Shown here one piece after another: positions 18,189 through 28,039 of a DNA stretch of 56,320 nt. The stretch is taken from assembly GCA_038060895.1 (NCBI GenBank), contig JBBTCT010000032.1, forward strand, positions 1 through 56,320. Direction: 5' to 3'. The notes under the pieces are model-generated. The model saw only the letters and a list, made by a program, of their open reading frames with translations, ran no database searches and was not told the DNA's origin. This DNA is from Planctomycetota bacterium. Its GTDB lineage: Bacteria > Planctomycetota > MHYJ01 > WSZJ01. How positions within the stretch are numbered: position 1 is the stretch's first letter; the number at the start of each line of letters is the position of its first letter. Position numbers and translations under genes: made by a program.

Positions 18189-19703
18189 ATGCGCCGCGCC
18201 GCCCTCGCACTTCTTCTTCTTGCCGGCCTCGCCGTCGCCGACAACTGTCCCACCTGCCGCAAGGAAGTGGACAAAGCCTGGCGCTTCTGCCCCGGCTGCG
18301 GAAAGACGCTTCCGGATCTCAAGAAGGCTGTGGATGACGCCGCGGAGGTGGCGGAGCGGAAGAAGAGCGAGCTGATGGAGGCCCTGAGGGCGCTGAGCGA
18401 CGCCTGCAGGAGGTCGGGAGACACGGAGCGTGCGAAGCGGGTACAGGAACAGATCGAGAAGCTGGAGGGAACGTCTCTGACGGCGGGCGTCGGTGCGCCG
18501 GCGGCGGGAGCGGAGGCGTACGCGGGTGCGGCGGCGACCGGCTACAAGGCCCGGCTGGAGCACCGGGCGGAGCTGGCGAAACGGGCGGGATCAACGGCGG
18601 AGTCTGAAGCTGCCGTGGAAGCGGGGTTGAAGTGGCTGGCGCGGCACCAGGGACCGGCAGGCGGATGGGCTTCCGCCCATTTCGATGCCCGGTGCCCGGG
18701 TGAAAGTTGCAGCGGCGCCGGGTACGAGGAGTATGACGCGGGGGTGACCGGGCTGGCGGTGCTCGCATTCCTCGGGGCAGGGATCACGCCGCGGTCGGAG
18801 AAGACCTGGAAGGACGAAGTCACCGGAAAACAGTTGGTCGCCGGCGAGGTCGTGCGGCGCGGCGTGGAGTGGCTCGCGGCCTCGCTGGACGCGCAAGGCT
18901 GCGCCGGAGGCCGGCACGGCAGCAAGTACCTGTACAACCACGCGATCGCGACGCTCGCGCTCGCCGAGGCGTTTGGGACGACGGGCGCGGATGGGCTCAG
19001 GAAGCCTGCGCAGAGCGCCGTCACCTTTCTGGTCCAGGCACAGAACCCCGGCAAGGGATGGCGCTACTCGAAGAGTTGCGGCGACAACGACACGAGCGTG
19101 ACGAGCTGGGCCGTCGCGGCGCTTCATGCGGCCGAGCTCGCCGGGCTCGATTTTCCGATCCGGAAGAGCTTTGACGGAGCGAAGGCATGGTTCGTGGAAG
19201 TCACGGACGAGGCGTACTACAAGGTCGGGTACACGGCCAAGGGAACGGGAAAGGTGCTCGTGCAGGGGAAGAACGAGGACTGGGACGGCCACGAGTCCCT
19301 GGCGGCCGCAGCGATGTCGGGGCGCTACCGGATCGACGGCAACCGTCAAGACCCGGCACTGGAGGGCGGCGCAAAACTCCTCGTCGCCGATCTGCCGAGC
19401 TGGGCGGACAAGAAGATCGATCTCTACTACTGGTATCACGGCACGGAAGCGCTCTTCCTCTACGACGGCGCCGACGGCAAATACTGGAAGTACTGGTTCA
19501 CCGCCCTGGGCCAGGCGCTCGTCCCGCACCAGGCCACGGCCTCCGACGCCTGCGAGTCGGGCTCCTGGGATCCCTCCGTTGATCGCTGGGGATTCGAGGG
19601 AGGCCGTGTGTTCACCACGGCGATGGGCGTGATGGCGCTGGAAACGGGGTACCGCGACGCGAGAATGTTCGCGGAACCTAAGGTGGAGAAGCGGAAGAAG
19701 TAA
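18189..19703 (+). CDS. Exported zinc-ribbon + prenyltransferase/squalene-cyclase-repeat protein, paralog 2
   Basis: Start ATG 18189 (MRRAALALLLLAGLAVA). CPTC..FCPGCG. Barrel closely similar to 9377..11086 (GGRHGSKY, EVTDEAYYKVGYTAKGTGKV). Confidence 0.85.
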   Translation: MRRAALALLLLAGLAVADNCPTCRKEVDKAWRFCPGCGKTLPDLKKAVDDAAEVAERKKSELMEALRALSDACRRSGDTERAKRVQEQIEKLEGTSLTAGVGAPAAGAEAYAGAAATGYKARLEHRAELAKRAGSTAESEAAVEAGLKWLARHQGPAGGWASAHFDARCPGESCSGAGYEEYDAGVTGLAVLAFLGAGITPRSEKTWKDEVTGKQLVAGEVVRRGVEWLAASLDAQGCAGGRHGSKYLYNHAIATLALAEAFGTTGADGLRKPAQSAVTFLVQAQNPGKGWRYSKSCGDNDTSVTSWAVAALHAAELAGLDFPIRKSFDGAKAWFVEVTDEAYYKVGYTAKGTGKVLVQGKNEDWDGHESLAAAAMSGRYRIDGNRQDPALEGGAKLLVADLPSWADKKIDLYYWYHGTEALFLYDGADGKYWKYWFTALGQALVPHQATASDACESGSWDPSVDRWGFEGGRVFTTAMGVMALETGYRDARMFAEPKVEKRKK

Positions 19704-19757
19704 CCTGCGCGGCGCGTCGAACCGGGCACACCGGGAATCGCAGCGTAGAATCCGTTC

Positions 19758-21005
19758 GTGCGAATCGCCCTCACGATATCCGCCGTCTTCGTCCTGGCCT
19801 CCCTGTCCAGCGCCCAGGAGGTCCGCCCGTACGACGGCAAATACGCGGCGCACCCGCATTTCCCGTCCTTCGCTGAAGTCCTTCCCGCGAAAATCCGCAA
19901 GGCTGCGCTCGACATGGCCGGGCGCCTCGGGCTTCCACCGGGCGATGCTTCCAACGTCGTCCTCGAACTCGTGGACAGGCCGCTCGGGCCCAACAAGCAG
20001 GTGCAGCTCGGCGGGACGGCCACAAAAACCGTCAATGGCAAGACCATGCAGTGGATCACCCTTAATCCCGAATCGCATTTCGCACCCGGCGGGGACTTCG
20101 ACATCGAACTCGATCACGAGATGACGCACGCTCTTCTGCGAACCGCGCTCGGAAACGCAAACCACCTGCTGCTGCCGAAGTGGGCGAGAGAGGGACTGGC
20201 GGTTTGGGCCGCCGGGCAGGGGCCAGGACGACTGGCATTCTGGCTGACGATCCACTGGGAGAAGCCCGACCCGGTGGCGGCGCTGCTGAACGGCCTGGAA
20301 GCCGACAAGCACTCGCTCGAGGATTACCCGGAGGACTACTTCGCGATCGCAGCGATCGAGTCGGTGAAGGGGCTCGCGGGGGTGCGTGCCTTCGTGAAGG
20401 ATCTCGCCTCCGGAAGATCCTGCCACGATTCGGCGGCGGCGGCGTCCGGAATGTCGTGGGAGGAATTCGAGCCATTTGCGCGCGCGTATTCGGAAGTCCG
20501 CATTCTCGAGGCCCTCGGGAAAACGGAGCCGGCGCTCTTGAAGCGAGCGATCAAGCTCTACCGCGGCGGGAGGGACTGGGAGGCGGCGCAGCGCGCGCTG
20601 TTTGCGATCTCGGTGCGATTCCCCGACTCATGGGCCGGGGCGCTCGCCACCTACTACTTCGGGCGCGCGCTTCAGCAGGCGGGATTGGCAACGGAAGCGC
20701 GGGAGGCGCTCGGGGAGTTCCTCGCGATGGCGGGGCCCCGGACGGGGCTGATGGACGATGCGATCTGGAACATCGGGCTCTGCTGCGAGACGACGGGGGA
20801 TGCGGAAGGCGCGATTGCGGCGTTTGACCGGCTCGCGCGGGACTACTCGTATTCCCCACAGGCGCCTGCGGGGTTGCTGAAGGCGGCGGGGATCTGCGAG
20901 GCGGTCGGGCGGAAGGATGAGGCGCGGACGCGGTGGAGCAGAATCGTGAAGGACCTGGCGGGGACGAAGGAAGCGGAGGAGGCGAACAAGAAACTTGGGA
21001 AGTGA
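19758..21005 (+). CDS. Exported gluzincin-like (peptidase MA) + TPR protein
   Basis: Signal peptide, HEMTH...LPKWAREGLA and C-terminal TPRs. Confidence 0.8.
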   Translation: MRIALTISAVFVLASLSSAQEVRPYDGKYAAHPHFPSFAEVLPAKIRKAALDMAGRLGLPPGDASNVVLELVDRPLGPNKQVQLGGTATKTVNGKTMQWITLNPESHFAPGGDFDIELDHEMTHALLRTALGNANHLLLPKWAREGLAVWAAGQGPGRLAFWLTIHWEKPDPVAALLNGLEADKHSLEDYPEDYFAIAAIESVKGLAGVRAFVKDLASGRSCHDSAAAASGMSWEEFEPFARAYSEVRILEALGKTEPALLKRAIKLYRGGRDWEAAQRALFAISVRFPDSWAGALATYYFGRALQQAGLATEAREALGEFLAMAGPRTGLMDDAIWNIGLCCETTGDAEGAIAAFDRLARDYSYSPQAPAGLLKAAGICEAVGRKDEARTRWSRIVKDLAGTKEAEEANKKLGK

Positions 21006-21135
21006 CAGGCCGTAGCCGCGGCCGTTTTCGCGAGATCTGCATTTATCCGCGTATTCTTCTTTTCGAAAATATATGACTCAATACAAAAACAGAATTCGCG
21101 GAAACAGCCGCGGATACAGCCCCCTTTGAATCCTT

Positions 21136-22878
21136 CTACTTCTTCTTCGGCGGCGTCACTCCGGGCGGATTCTCCAGGCCCAGCGTGTACCGTTTCCATT
21201 CGTCCTCGAACGTCCTCATGTCCAGCCGCCCGAACGTGTTGTCGTAGGCGCGCTTGATGCCGCTTCCCTTCTGCATCTCGAAGAAATAATTGCGAAGGGT
21301 CGTGGAGTACTTGCCGCCGCTGTAGGTCCACATGAAGTACACGATGGACCAGGCCTCGGCGTAGTTGATGCCTACGTTGGCGCCGTACATTTCCTGCTGC
21401 GTCATCTGCAGCAGTTCTTTCACGGGTGTGTATCGGTCGCTTCGGATCGCGCCCTGGATGCCGCTGAGGCGCCACCAGTTGGTGCGGCACTGCATGCGCT
21501 GGCCGGCCTCGTCCCACTTCCAGGCGCCGAAATAGTCGCCATGTCCCTCGTTGAACCACTGCGTCGCGTCCTCGAGATAATAGTCGAGGAAGGCGTGAAA
21601 CGTCTCGTGGTAGAGAACCATCAGGGTGTCCTGCACTTTCTGGTCGCCCATCCAGTAAAAGACGAGCTTCTTCACGAAGGGCGAGAAGTACCCGCCCGTG
21701 CCGGGGGGCGAACCCGCGGCCATGTATTCGCCGTTGTCCTTGTAGACGATCACCGGGAACACCAGGTCGTCCTTCTCGATCTTCGGGAAGACCTTTTCGT
21801 AGACCGCGTACACGTGCTCCAGCGCTTCGGACATCGTGTCGGCGACTTTCTGGCTGCCGTCGGTGAACACTTCGAAGTGTTTCGACTTCTTGCGGATCTC
21901 GGTCCCGGTGAATTTCGGGCCGGCAATTTCCTGGTCGATCATCGGGGACATCGCCTTGGCCATCTGGTCGTTGGAGTCGATCGCGAGGGCCTTGTCGCAG
22001 GAAGTTCGCGCGTCCGCGAGGTGCCGGCGTTTCAGCTCGACGATCGCCATGTTGCTCCAGCCGTGCGCGTAGAGCGGGTTGATCTCGAGCGCTTTCTTGT
22101 AGTGCTCGACCGCCTTGTCTTCGTTGCGGAGCCAGGCGTACGCGTCGCCAAGTTCGACGTACGCCTCGAAAAACAGCGGGTTGAACTTGATCGCTGCTTC
22201 GAGCGCCGTCACGGCCTCGCGGTAGTCCTTCGTAAACTGGAACGCAATTCCGAGGTGGTAGTGCGCCAGCGCGAAGTCGCGCGCGATCTTGATCGCCTTG
22301 CGGTACTCGGCGACCGCAAGTTCTGAAGAATCGACGACGTTTTTCGGGTTCTGCTTCGCCTGCTCGACGATCTCGTTTCCCTTCGTCAGGTGAGCCACCG
22401 CCGTTTTCGCGATGTTCGCGGGGACTTTCAGGTTGTCCGTCGGTGCAGTGCCATTTCCGGGAAGCGGCGCGACGGGATCGACGACTTTCTTCGCGGCGGC
22501 CAGCACCCACTCGCCGCCCTCCTTCACGTACCCCAGCGCTGCCCGCGCGTCGATGTGGTCCGACGCCGCCTTCAGCACTTTCTCCCAGGCGCGCTTCGCC
22601 TCGACCGGCATCCCCTTGTCCTCGCACCAGTTCGCGAGGTCCGCGAGGCCCTGCACGTCGTCCCACGCCAGCTTCGCTTCCCAGAGCTGCACGGCCTTGT
22701 CGGGTTCGAGGAATTCCCAGGGGACGTCGACGCGGATGCCGCCGACGTCCATTGAAGCGCCGTCTTTGGTCGCTTTTTTGACTTCGCCGTTGAGGGTCTC
22801 GCCCGACTTGAGCGTGACCGACTCGGCGAGGGCCCAGCCGGCGAGTCCGAGCAGTGCGAGCGCGAGGAACTTCTTCAT
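21136..22878 (-). CDS. Exported TPR + DUF1570-like HExxH metallopeptidase
   Basis: Signal peptide, HIDARAALGY motif, canonical TPRs, HETFH...WFNEG..YF, YAEAWSIVYF. Confidence 0.85.
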   Translation of the reverse strand: MKKFLALALLGLAGWALAESVTLKSGETLNGEVKKATKDGASMDVGGIRVDVPWEFLEPDKAVQLWEAKLAWDDVQGLADLANWCEDKGMPVEAKRAWEKVLKAASDHIDARAALGYVKEGGEWVLAAAKKVVDPVAPLPGNGTAPTDNLKVPANIAKTAVAHLTKGNEIVEQAKQNPKNVVDSSELAVAEYRKAIKIARDFALAHYHLGIAFQFTKDYREAVTALEAAIKFNPLFFEAYVELGDAYAWLRNEDKAVEHYKKALEINPLYAHGWSNMAIVELKRRHLADARTSCDKALAIDSNDQMAKAMSPMIDQEIAGPKFTGTEIRKKSKHFEVFTDGSQKVADTMSEALEHVYAVYEKVFPKIEKDDLVFPVIVYKDNGEYMAAGSPPGTGGYFSPFVKKLVFYWMGDQKVQDTLMVLYHETFHAFLDYYLEDATQWFNEGHGDYFGAWKWDEAGQRMQCRTNWWRLSGIQGAIRSDRYTPVKELLQMTQQEMYGANVGINYAEAWSIVYFMWTYSGGKYSTTLRNYFFEMQKGSGIKRAYDNTFGRLDMRTFEDEWKRYTLGLENPPGVTPPKKK

Positions 22879-24579
22879 CTACTTGTCCTCAATTTTCCCG
22901 ACGGGCCGCGTGGCGCGGCGCAGGAACAGGATCGCCCAAGCCGTGTCGCGCGCGTCGTTGTTCCAGTCCCCACCCGCGGTCTGGGCGGAGAGGAGGTACT
23001 TCGCGCCTTCCTGGTACCACTCCCGTTTTCCGAAGAACTCGGTGTCGGCGAGGACGCCGACCCGCTCCATGCCGTACAGATAATAGTAAACCCAGGCTTT
23101 CGGGTCGTTGTGTTTCGGGTTCTGGTTGACGGCGAAATTCTCGGCGAGCCAGTCGAGACCCTTGTCGATCACGGTGTCCCGCCGGTTGCCGTGCCCCGAG
23201 TAGTAGCGGCAGACGATGTAGGCGCCCAGAGCGCTCGTGTGGATGGAGCCGTAATTGGCGCCCGGCCACCCCGGGCCGTAAGTGAAACTCCCCTCGTTCG
23301 TGTTGTTCCCCTTCAGGAACGACATGCAGTCCACCCACACAGCCTTGGGGATGTCGATCCCGGCCTCGACGCACGCGCGCAGGCCCAGCACCGCGTACTG
23401 CGTGTTCGAATTGTCCCCTGTCTTTGCGCCCTTGCGCTTCGGGTTCTGCCGGACCGTGATCCGCTTCTGCGCCTTGGTCCCGCCGCCGAATTCCGGCGAG
23501 GCGCCCGGCGTGATCTCGGGCGGCGCGAGGGAGGGCGTGTCGCCCGGCGTCGGCTCGCCGTACGTGAACTGCCCGTTGTCGGCCTGCCAGTTGATGATGA
23601 AGGTCGCGGCGTCGGCGAGCCATTTCTGGTGAAGGGTCGGCGAAATGTCGGCGAGCGCCATCGCGCCGATCGCGACGTTGTAGACGCGCGACATCGGCTT
23701 CTTGTAGAGCTGCGTGATTGCCGACTTCATGTTCTTGTGGTCGAGAGGAATGCCGCAGTGGATGAGCGCGTACAGCTCGAGTTCCAGGGTCTCTTCGGTT
23801 CCCGCGTAGCCGTCCGGGTGCAATTTCAGGATCCACTGAGACGCCCGGTCGAGCGCGCGGTCCACGTCCACCTGCGTCACGCGCAGCCCCTTGCGCCCCT
23901 CCAGCCACGTCTTCCACGGCTCCGCTTCCGGCCCGAACTTCTGACCGGTGATCTCCCCGAGCGCGTCCGCGACCGCCGTCTTCACGTCCGATTCTTCCTT
24001 CGCATCCTCCAGCAACCTGATCAGCGCCGGCACCGATTCCTCGCTCCGGAATGCGCCGACCGCTTTCGCCGCAGCTCCGCGCACCGCGGGTTCCTGGTCC
24101 GTCAGCGCGGCGCGCACCACCCCTTCCATGCTGTGAAACTTTCCGGAAGCGATAGATTCGACCGCGGCGCGGCGAACGGAGGGTTCGGCGTCGTGGGTGA
24201 GGTCCTTGAGCAACTCCATCAGGTCGCGGTACCCGCCGCGGCCGAGGATGCGGATGATCCTCACCCGGACGTCCGCCTTGCCGGAGCGACAGTATTCATA
24301 CAGCCGCTTGCGCCCTTCTCCCTCAACAGGCCCGCCGATCATGTCCTCCCAGGCCTTCTGCACATCGGCGTCGGGCTCCTGCAGGTAGAGCGGAACCATG
24401 AAGTCCATCCCGGCCTTCGTGTTGTAGTCCTTCAGCGCGCGGACGGCTTCGGTGCGGACCTTGGCATCGGTCGATTTGTATTTCGGGAGGAAGATCTTGC
24501 GCGCGTCTTCGAAAGGATCGGCCGCGGCGAGAAGCGCGCCGGTGGCGAGAAGGCAGAAGATCGGAAGGCGGCGCGACAT
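22879..24579 (-). CDS. Exported HEAT-repeat + prenyltransferase-like barrel protein
   Basis: Start ATG 24579. HEAT repeats (EPSVRRAA, EPAVRGAA), then GDNSNTQYAVLGL, YYYLYGMERVG, WY..GA.YLL.AQ..GDW. Confidence 0.8.
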   Translation of the reverse strand: MSRRLPIFCLLATGALLAAADPFEDARKIFLPKYKSTDAKVRTEAVRALKDYNTKAGMDFMVPLYLQEPDADVQKAWEDMIGGPVEGEGRKRLYEYCRSGKADVRVRIIRILGRGGYRDLMELLKDLTHDAEPSVRRAAVESIASGKFHSMEGVVRAALTDQEPAVRGAAAKAVGAFRSEESVPALIRLLEDAKEESDVKTAVADALGEITGQKFGPEAEPWKTWLEGRKGLRVTQVDVDRALDRASQWILKLHPDGYAGTEETLELELYALIHCGIPLDHKNMKSAITQLYKKPMSRVYNVAIGAMALADISPTLHQKWLADAATFIINWQADNGQFTYGEPTPGDTPSLAPPEITPGASPEFGGGTKAQKRITVRQNPKRKGAKTGDNSNTQYAVLGLRACVEAGIDIPKAVWVDCMSFLKGNNTNEGSFTYGPGWPGANYGSIHTSALGAYIVCRYYSGHGNRRDTVIDKGLDWLAENFAVNQNPKHNDPKAWVYYYLYGMERVGVLADTEFFGKREWYQEGAKYLLSAQTAGGDWNNDARDTAWAILFLRRATRPVGKIEDK

Positions 24580-24691
24580 GCAGACCCTCGGGAAGGGACT
24601 TGGTGCGGAAGTGTAGCAGGGGGCTGGAGTTGCGTTCAACGGACGAATTTTCGATATTGAATTCCCCGTTTTCAAATTTCAATGGCGGAAC

Positions 24692-25843
24692 GTGAGCCGC
24701 TGGAACTCTTCCCGTGCCCGGTCGTTTGCCGCGCTGCTGGCGCGGCCGCGGGGCTGCGGCACGGATGAAGAGCGATGGGCCGCGGGGCAGATGCGGGGCG
24801 CGTTCCGTGAAGCGGGGCTCGAAACGACGGAGGAGTATTTCCAATTCCGGCCGTCGGGAGATCTGTGCGTGCGCGCGGTGCTGGGGCTTGCGCTTGCTTC
24901 ACTCGCGCTCGTCTGGGCCGGAGTCTGGCTCCCCTGGCTCGCCGTTGCAGGACTCGCATGGCTCGGGTTGCTCGCCCTCGGCGGGTCGCCGCTCGCGACC
25001 GCGATCCTCATGCGCCGCGCCCGCGCGGCCCGCGAATCCGACACCCCACCGCCCGGCTGGATCCGCGCCTCCAATGTCGTCGCCCGCGCCCCCGGCCCCG
25101 CAGGGTCGCCGCTCCTCGTCTTCGTCGCACATTTCGATTCTAAGTCGCAGAACATGCCCATCACCGTCCGCGTCGCACTGTTCGCGATTCTCGGTCTCTC
25201 CGGCGTTGCCGCATGCCAGCTCGTATTTCTCCAACTCTGGCTCGCCTGGCCGCTCGCGCCCGCGATCCATGCCTTGTTCAGCGCCGCTTTCGCTTCCTCC
25301 ATCCCGCTTCTCGCCCTCCGCACCGGCAACGTCTCTCCCGGCGCCCTCGACAATGCCTGCGGCGCCGCGACGCTCGTCGAACTCGCCCGCATCTGGCGCG
25401 ACAGCCCCCTGTCCTGGAAGGCGCGCGCCATTTTCCTCGCCCCGTCCGCCGAAGAGCACGGCCTCATCGGCTCCCGCCTCTGGGTCGCCCGCCACGCCGC
25501 CGAGCTGCTCGCCGAGCCGAAGTGCCGCGTGCTCAATCTCGACGGTTGCGCCGCGAAGGGCGAATTGCTGGTTCTGCCAGGAACGGGCGTCGTAGCCGAA
25601 GCGATTGTTTCCGCTGCGAAAGCCGCTTCCCTGCCCGTCCGCCGGATCCCGCTCGCGATCGGGCTCCTGGCCGACCACGTCCCCTTCGTGGAAGCGGGGA
25701 TTGCGTGCGCTTCCCTGCTCGCGCGCGGGCGGGGGACGTCGCGAATCCACACGACGGGGGACTCGGCGGACCTGTTGGCAGACGCGGGATTTGAGGCGGC
25801 CGGAGCGACCCTGCTAGGGGCCGTCGAACGACTGATCGGCTGA
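24692..25843 (+). CDS. M28-family membrane peptidase
   Basis: AHFDS, GALDNACG, AEEHGLIGS, NLD, DH.PF, IHT..D, with TM insertions. Confidence 0.85.
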   Translation: MSRWNSSRARSFAALLARPRGCGTDEERWAAGQMRGAFREAGLETTEEYFQFRPSGDLCVRAVLGLALASLALVWAGVWLPWLAVAGLAWLGLLALGGSPLATAILMRRARAARESDTPPPGWIRASNVVARAPGPAGSPLLVFVAHFDSKSQNMPITVRVALFAILGLSGVAACQLVFLQLWLAWPLAPAIHALFSAAFASSIPLLALRTGNVSPGALDNACGAATLVELARIWRDSPLSWKARAIFLAPSAEEHGLIGSRLWVARHAAELLAEPKCRVLNLDGCAAKGELLVLPGTGVVAEAIVSAAKAASLPVRRIPLAIGLLADHVPFVEAGIACASLLARGRGTSRIHTTGDSADLLADAGFEAAGATLLGAVERLIG

Positions 25844-26110
25844 GTCTTGCGAGGCGTCTGAACTCGCCTTGGGGCAATATGCCCGGGCATGCCCCAGCAA
25901 ATTCCCCGCCACCTCGATGAAATTCCGTCGAAAAAACGAACGGACTGAACTCCGCTTCAGAACTCTCCGTTGGCATGTCAGTCCGGCGGGGACCTCCCGC
26001 GAGCGACGAAGAGGGTGAGCAAGACGCTTGCGGGAAGCCTCCGACCGGTAAAAAGTTATTGATTCTGTTGGCCCGGATGAAACCGGGCCCTTCTCGAGAA
26101 GGGGGTCGCC

Positions 26111-27781
26111 ATGACGCACGAAACGCCGCAGGAAGCCGAGTACGCCGTCGCGCCGGACGGAGGAGGGGTGACGCGCTGGGTCGAGGACCAGGTTCGCAAC
26201 ACGCCCTGGTGGCTGATCTCGATCGCGTTCCACCTCATCGTGCTGGCGGGGATGACGGTGATCACGTTCAAGGAAACGATCAAAGAGAACATTCCGGCGG
26301 TGATGAACCCGATCGCGCGCCTCGAGCAGAGAACTGAGATGGAGCGCCCGAACGACGTTGCAGGCAGCAAGTCCGCGCGCCCGGATGTCACTTCGAACAT
26401 GCCTTCCGAAAACGACCAGCCGGTTCTCGACGACTGCATGAATCACCCGGAAGCGGCGGTCAACATCTCGGACAACGGGATCGACGGCGACACCTTCAAC
26501 GGGCAGACCCCGGACGGCCTCAGCGCCGACTGGGGCGAGGGCAAAGGCATCGGCCGCGGCATGGGCGGTCCCGGCTCCAACAAGTCCCTCGGCGTCGGCG
26601 ACGGCGGCGGAGGCAGCTCGCGCTTCGGCAACGGTCCCGGCGGCCGCGGCGAGTTCCGCAAGCGCGACCGGAACGGCACGAACGAGGGTTCGCGGGCGGA
26701 GAACGCGGTGACGTATGGCCTCTGGTGGCTCGCACGGCACCAGGCTGCGAACGGCTCCTGGTCCGCTTCGGCCTTCGACCACCAGTGCGCCGCCGGGAAG
26801 TGCGACGGGCTGGGGTACAACGAGTACGACGCGGGCGTGACGGGGCTTTCGGTTCTCGCGTTCCTCGGCGTCGGCTACACGCACCTCTCCAAAGAGAAGT
26901 ACGTCGACCCGGTCACGAAGAAAACGATGGTCTACGGCGAAGTCATCAAGGCCGGGATCAAGTGGCTCATGCTGAACCAGGACGCGGAAGGATGCTTCGG
27001 CGGGCGTCACGGGTCGAAGTACATGTACAACCACGCGATCGCGGCGCTGGCGATGGCCGAAGCGTACGGCCTGACCGACAGCCAGATCTTCAAAGGCTCG
27101 GCGCAGCGCGGGATCGACTTCCTCTGCGAAGCGCAGAGCCCGTACAAGGCCTGGCGCTACAGCAAGCGTTGCCCTGACAACGACACTTCCGTCACCGGCT
27201 GGGCCGTGATGGCGCTGAAGTCGGCGGAGCTGGCAAAGCTGGCCGTGCCGCGGGCGGCTTTCGAAGGCGCGAAGGCCTGGATCATGGAGTGCACGGACGA
27301 GGCCTACTACAAGACGGGGTACACGGCGAAGGGCACGGGCAAGGTCGTGGTGCAGGGAAAGAACGATGACTGGGAAGACCATCCGGCCATGAGCGCCGTC
27401 GGCATGCTCTGCAGGATCTTCATCGCTCACGATGCGAAGGACCCGGCCCTCGAAGGCGGCGCGAAGCTGATGATGGCCGACACCCCGGTGTACGGCGGCA
27501 AGAAGACGGACTACTACTACTGGTACTACGGCTCGCTCGCTCTCTTCCAGTGGGACGGCCCGGACGGGAAGTACTTCAAGGCCTGGAACGAAGGAATGAC
27601 GGGCGCCCTTCTCCCGTCGCAGCACGAAGCCAAGGACGGATGCGAGTTCGGCTCCTGGGACGTGAACGTGGACCGCTGGGGATTCGAAGGCGGCCGGGTC
27701 TACACGACCGCCATCAACACGCTGAACCTCGAGGTGTACTACCGGTACGCGAGCGTGATCGGCGGGAAGCGCGGGAAGTAA
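26111..27781 (+). CDS. Membrane-anchored prenyltransferase/squalene-cyclase-repeat protein, paralog 3
   Basis: Full-length paralog of 9377..11086 with an identical QVRNTPWWLISIAFHLIVLAGMTVITF segment and a near-identical barrel. Confidence 0.88.
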   Translation: MTHETPQEAEYAVAPDGGGVTRWVEDQVRNTPWWLISIAFHLIVLAGMTVITFKETIKENIPAVMNPIARLEQRTEMERPNDVAGSKSARPDVTSNMPSENDQPVLDDCMNHPEAAVNISDNGIDGDTFNGQTPDGLSADWGEGKGIGRGMGGPGSNKSLGVGDGGGGSSRFGNGPGGRGEFRKRDRNGTNEGSRAENAVTYGLWWLARHQAANGSWSASAFDHQCAAGKCDGLGYNEYDAGVTGLSVLAFLGVGYTHLSKEKYVDPVTKKTMVYGEVIKAGIKWLMLNQDAEGCFGGRHGSKYMYNHAIAALAMAEAYGLTDSQIFKGSAQRGIDFLCEAQSPYKAWRYSKRCPDNDTSVTGWAVMALKSAELAKLAVPRAAFEGAKAWIMECTDEAYYKTGYTAKGTGKVVVQGKNDDWEDHPAMSAVGMLCRIFIAHDAKDPALEGGAKLMMADTPVYGGKKTDYYYWYYGSLALFQWDGPDGKYFKAWNEGMTGALLPSQHEAKDGCEFGSWDVNVDRWGFEGGRVYTTAINTLNLEVYYRYASVIGGKRGK

Positions 27782-27801
27782 GTCAACGCCGACGGTGAGA
27801 T

Positions 27802-27843
27802 CAAGAGACGCGGGCTCCCTTCACGGGGGGCCCGCTCTTGTTT
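27802..27843 (+). terminator. Probable intrinsic terminator
   Basis: GCGGGCTCCC-loop-GGGGGCCCGC followed by TCTTGTTT, directly after the stop codon. Confidence 0.65.
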
Positions 27844-27850
27844 ACGGCGG

Positions 27851-27963
27851 AGAGTTGGGGGTTGGGAGTTCCGGAAGTTGAGTTCCGGGATCCGTGTTCC
27901 GGGTTCAGGGTGGGGTTGGGAGTGAGGAGTTTGGAGTTTGGGCGGAGATGGTTGGGAATCAGT
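27851..27963. repeat. Degenerate G/T-rich short tandem repeats (about 7-nt period)
   Basis: Recurrent GAGTT, GGGTT, GGGAGT and GTTCCGG units in intergenic DNA. Confidence 0.55.
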
Positions 27964-28039
27964 CGAACTTCCTCGGGGCCATCCCGTTCTGAAGTGAGGC
28001 TCGCGCTTTCCGCGCGATCCCCGGTTTGGAGTTCCATCC

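Noticed and set aside
26059-26073. IHF-like site upstream of barrel paralog 3 (AAGTTATTGATT)
   Set aside because: Imperfect consensus and no convincing -24/-12 element nearby.
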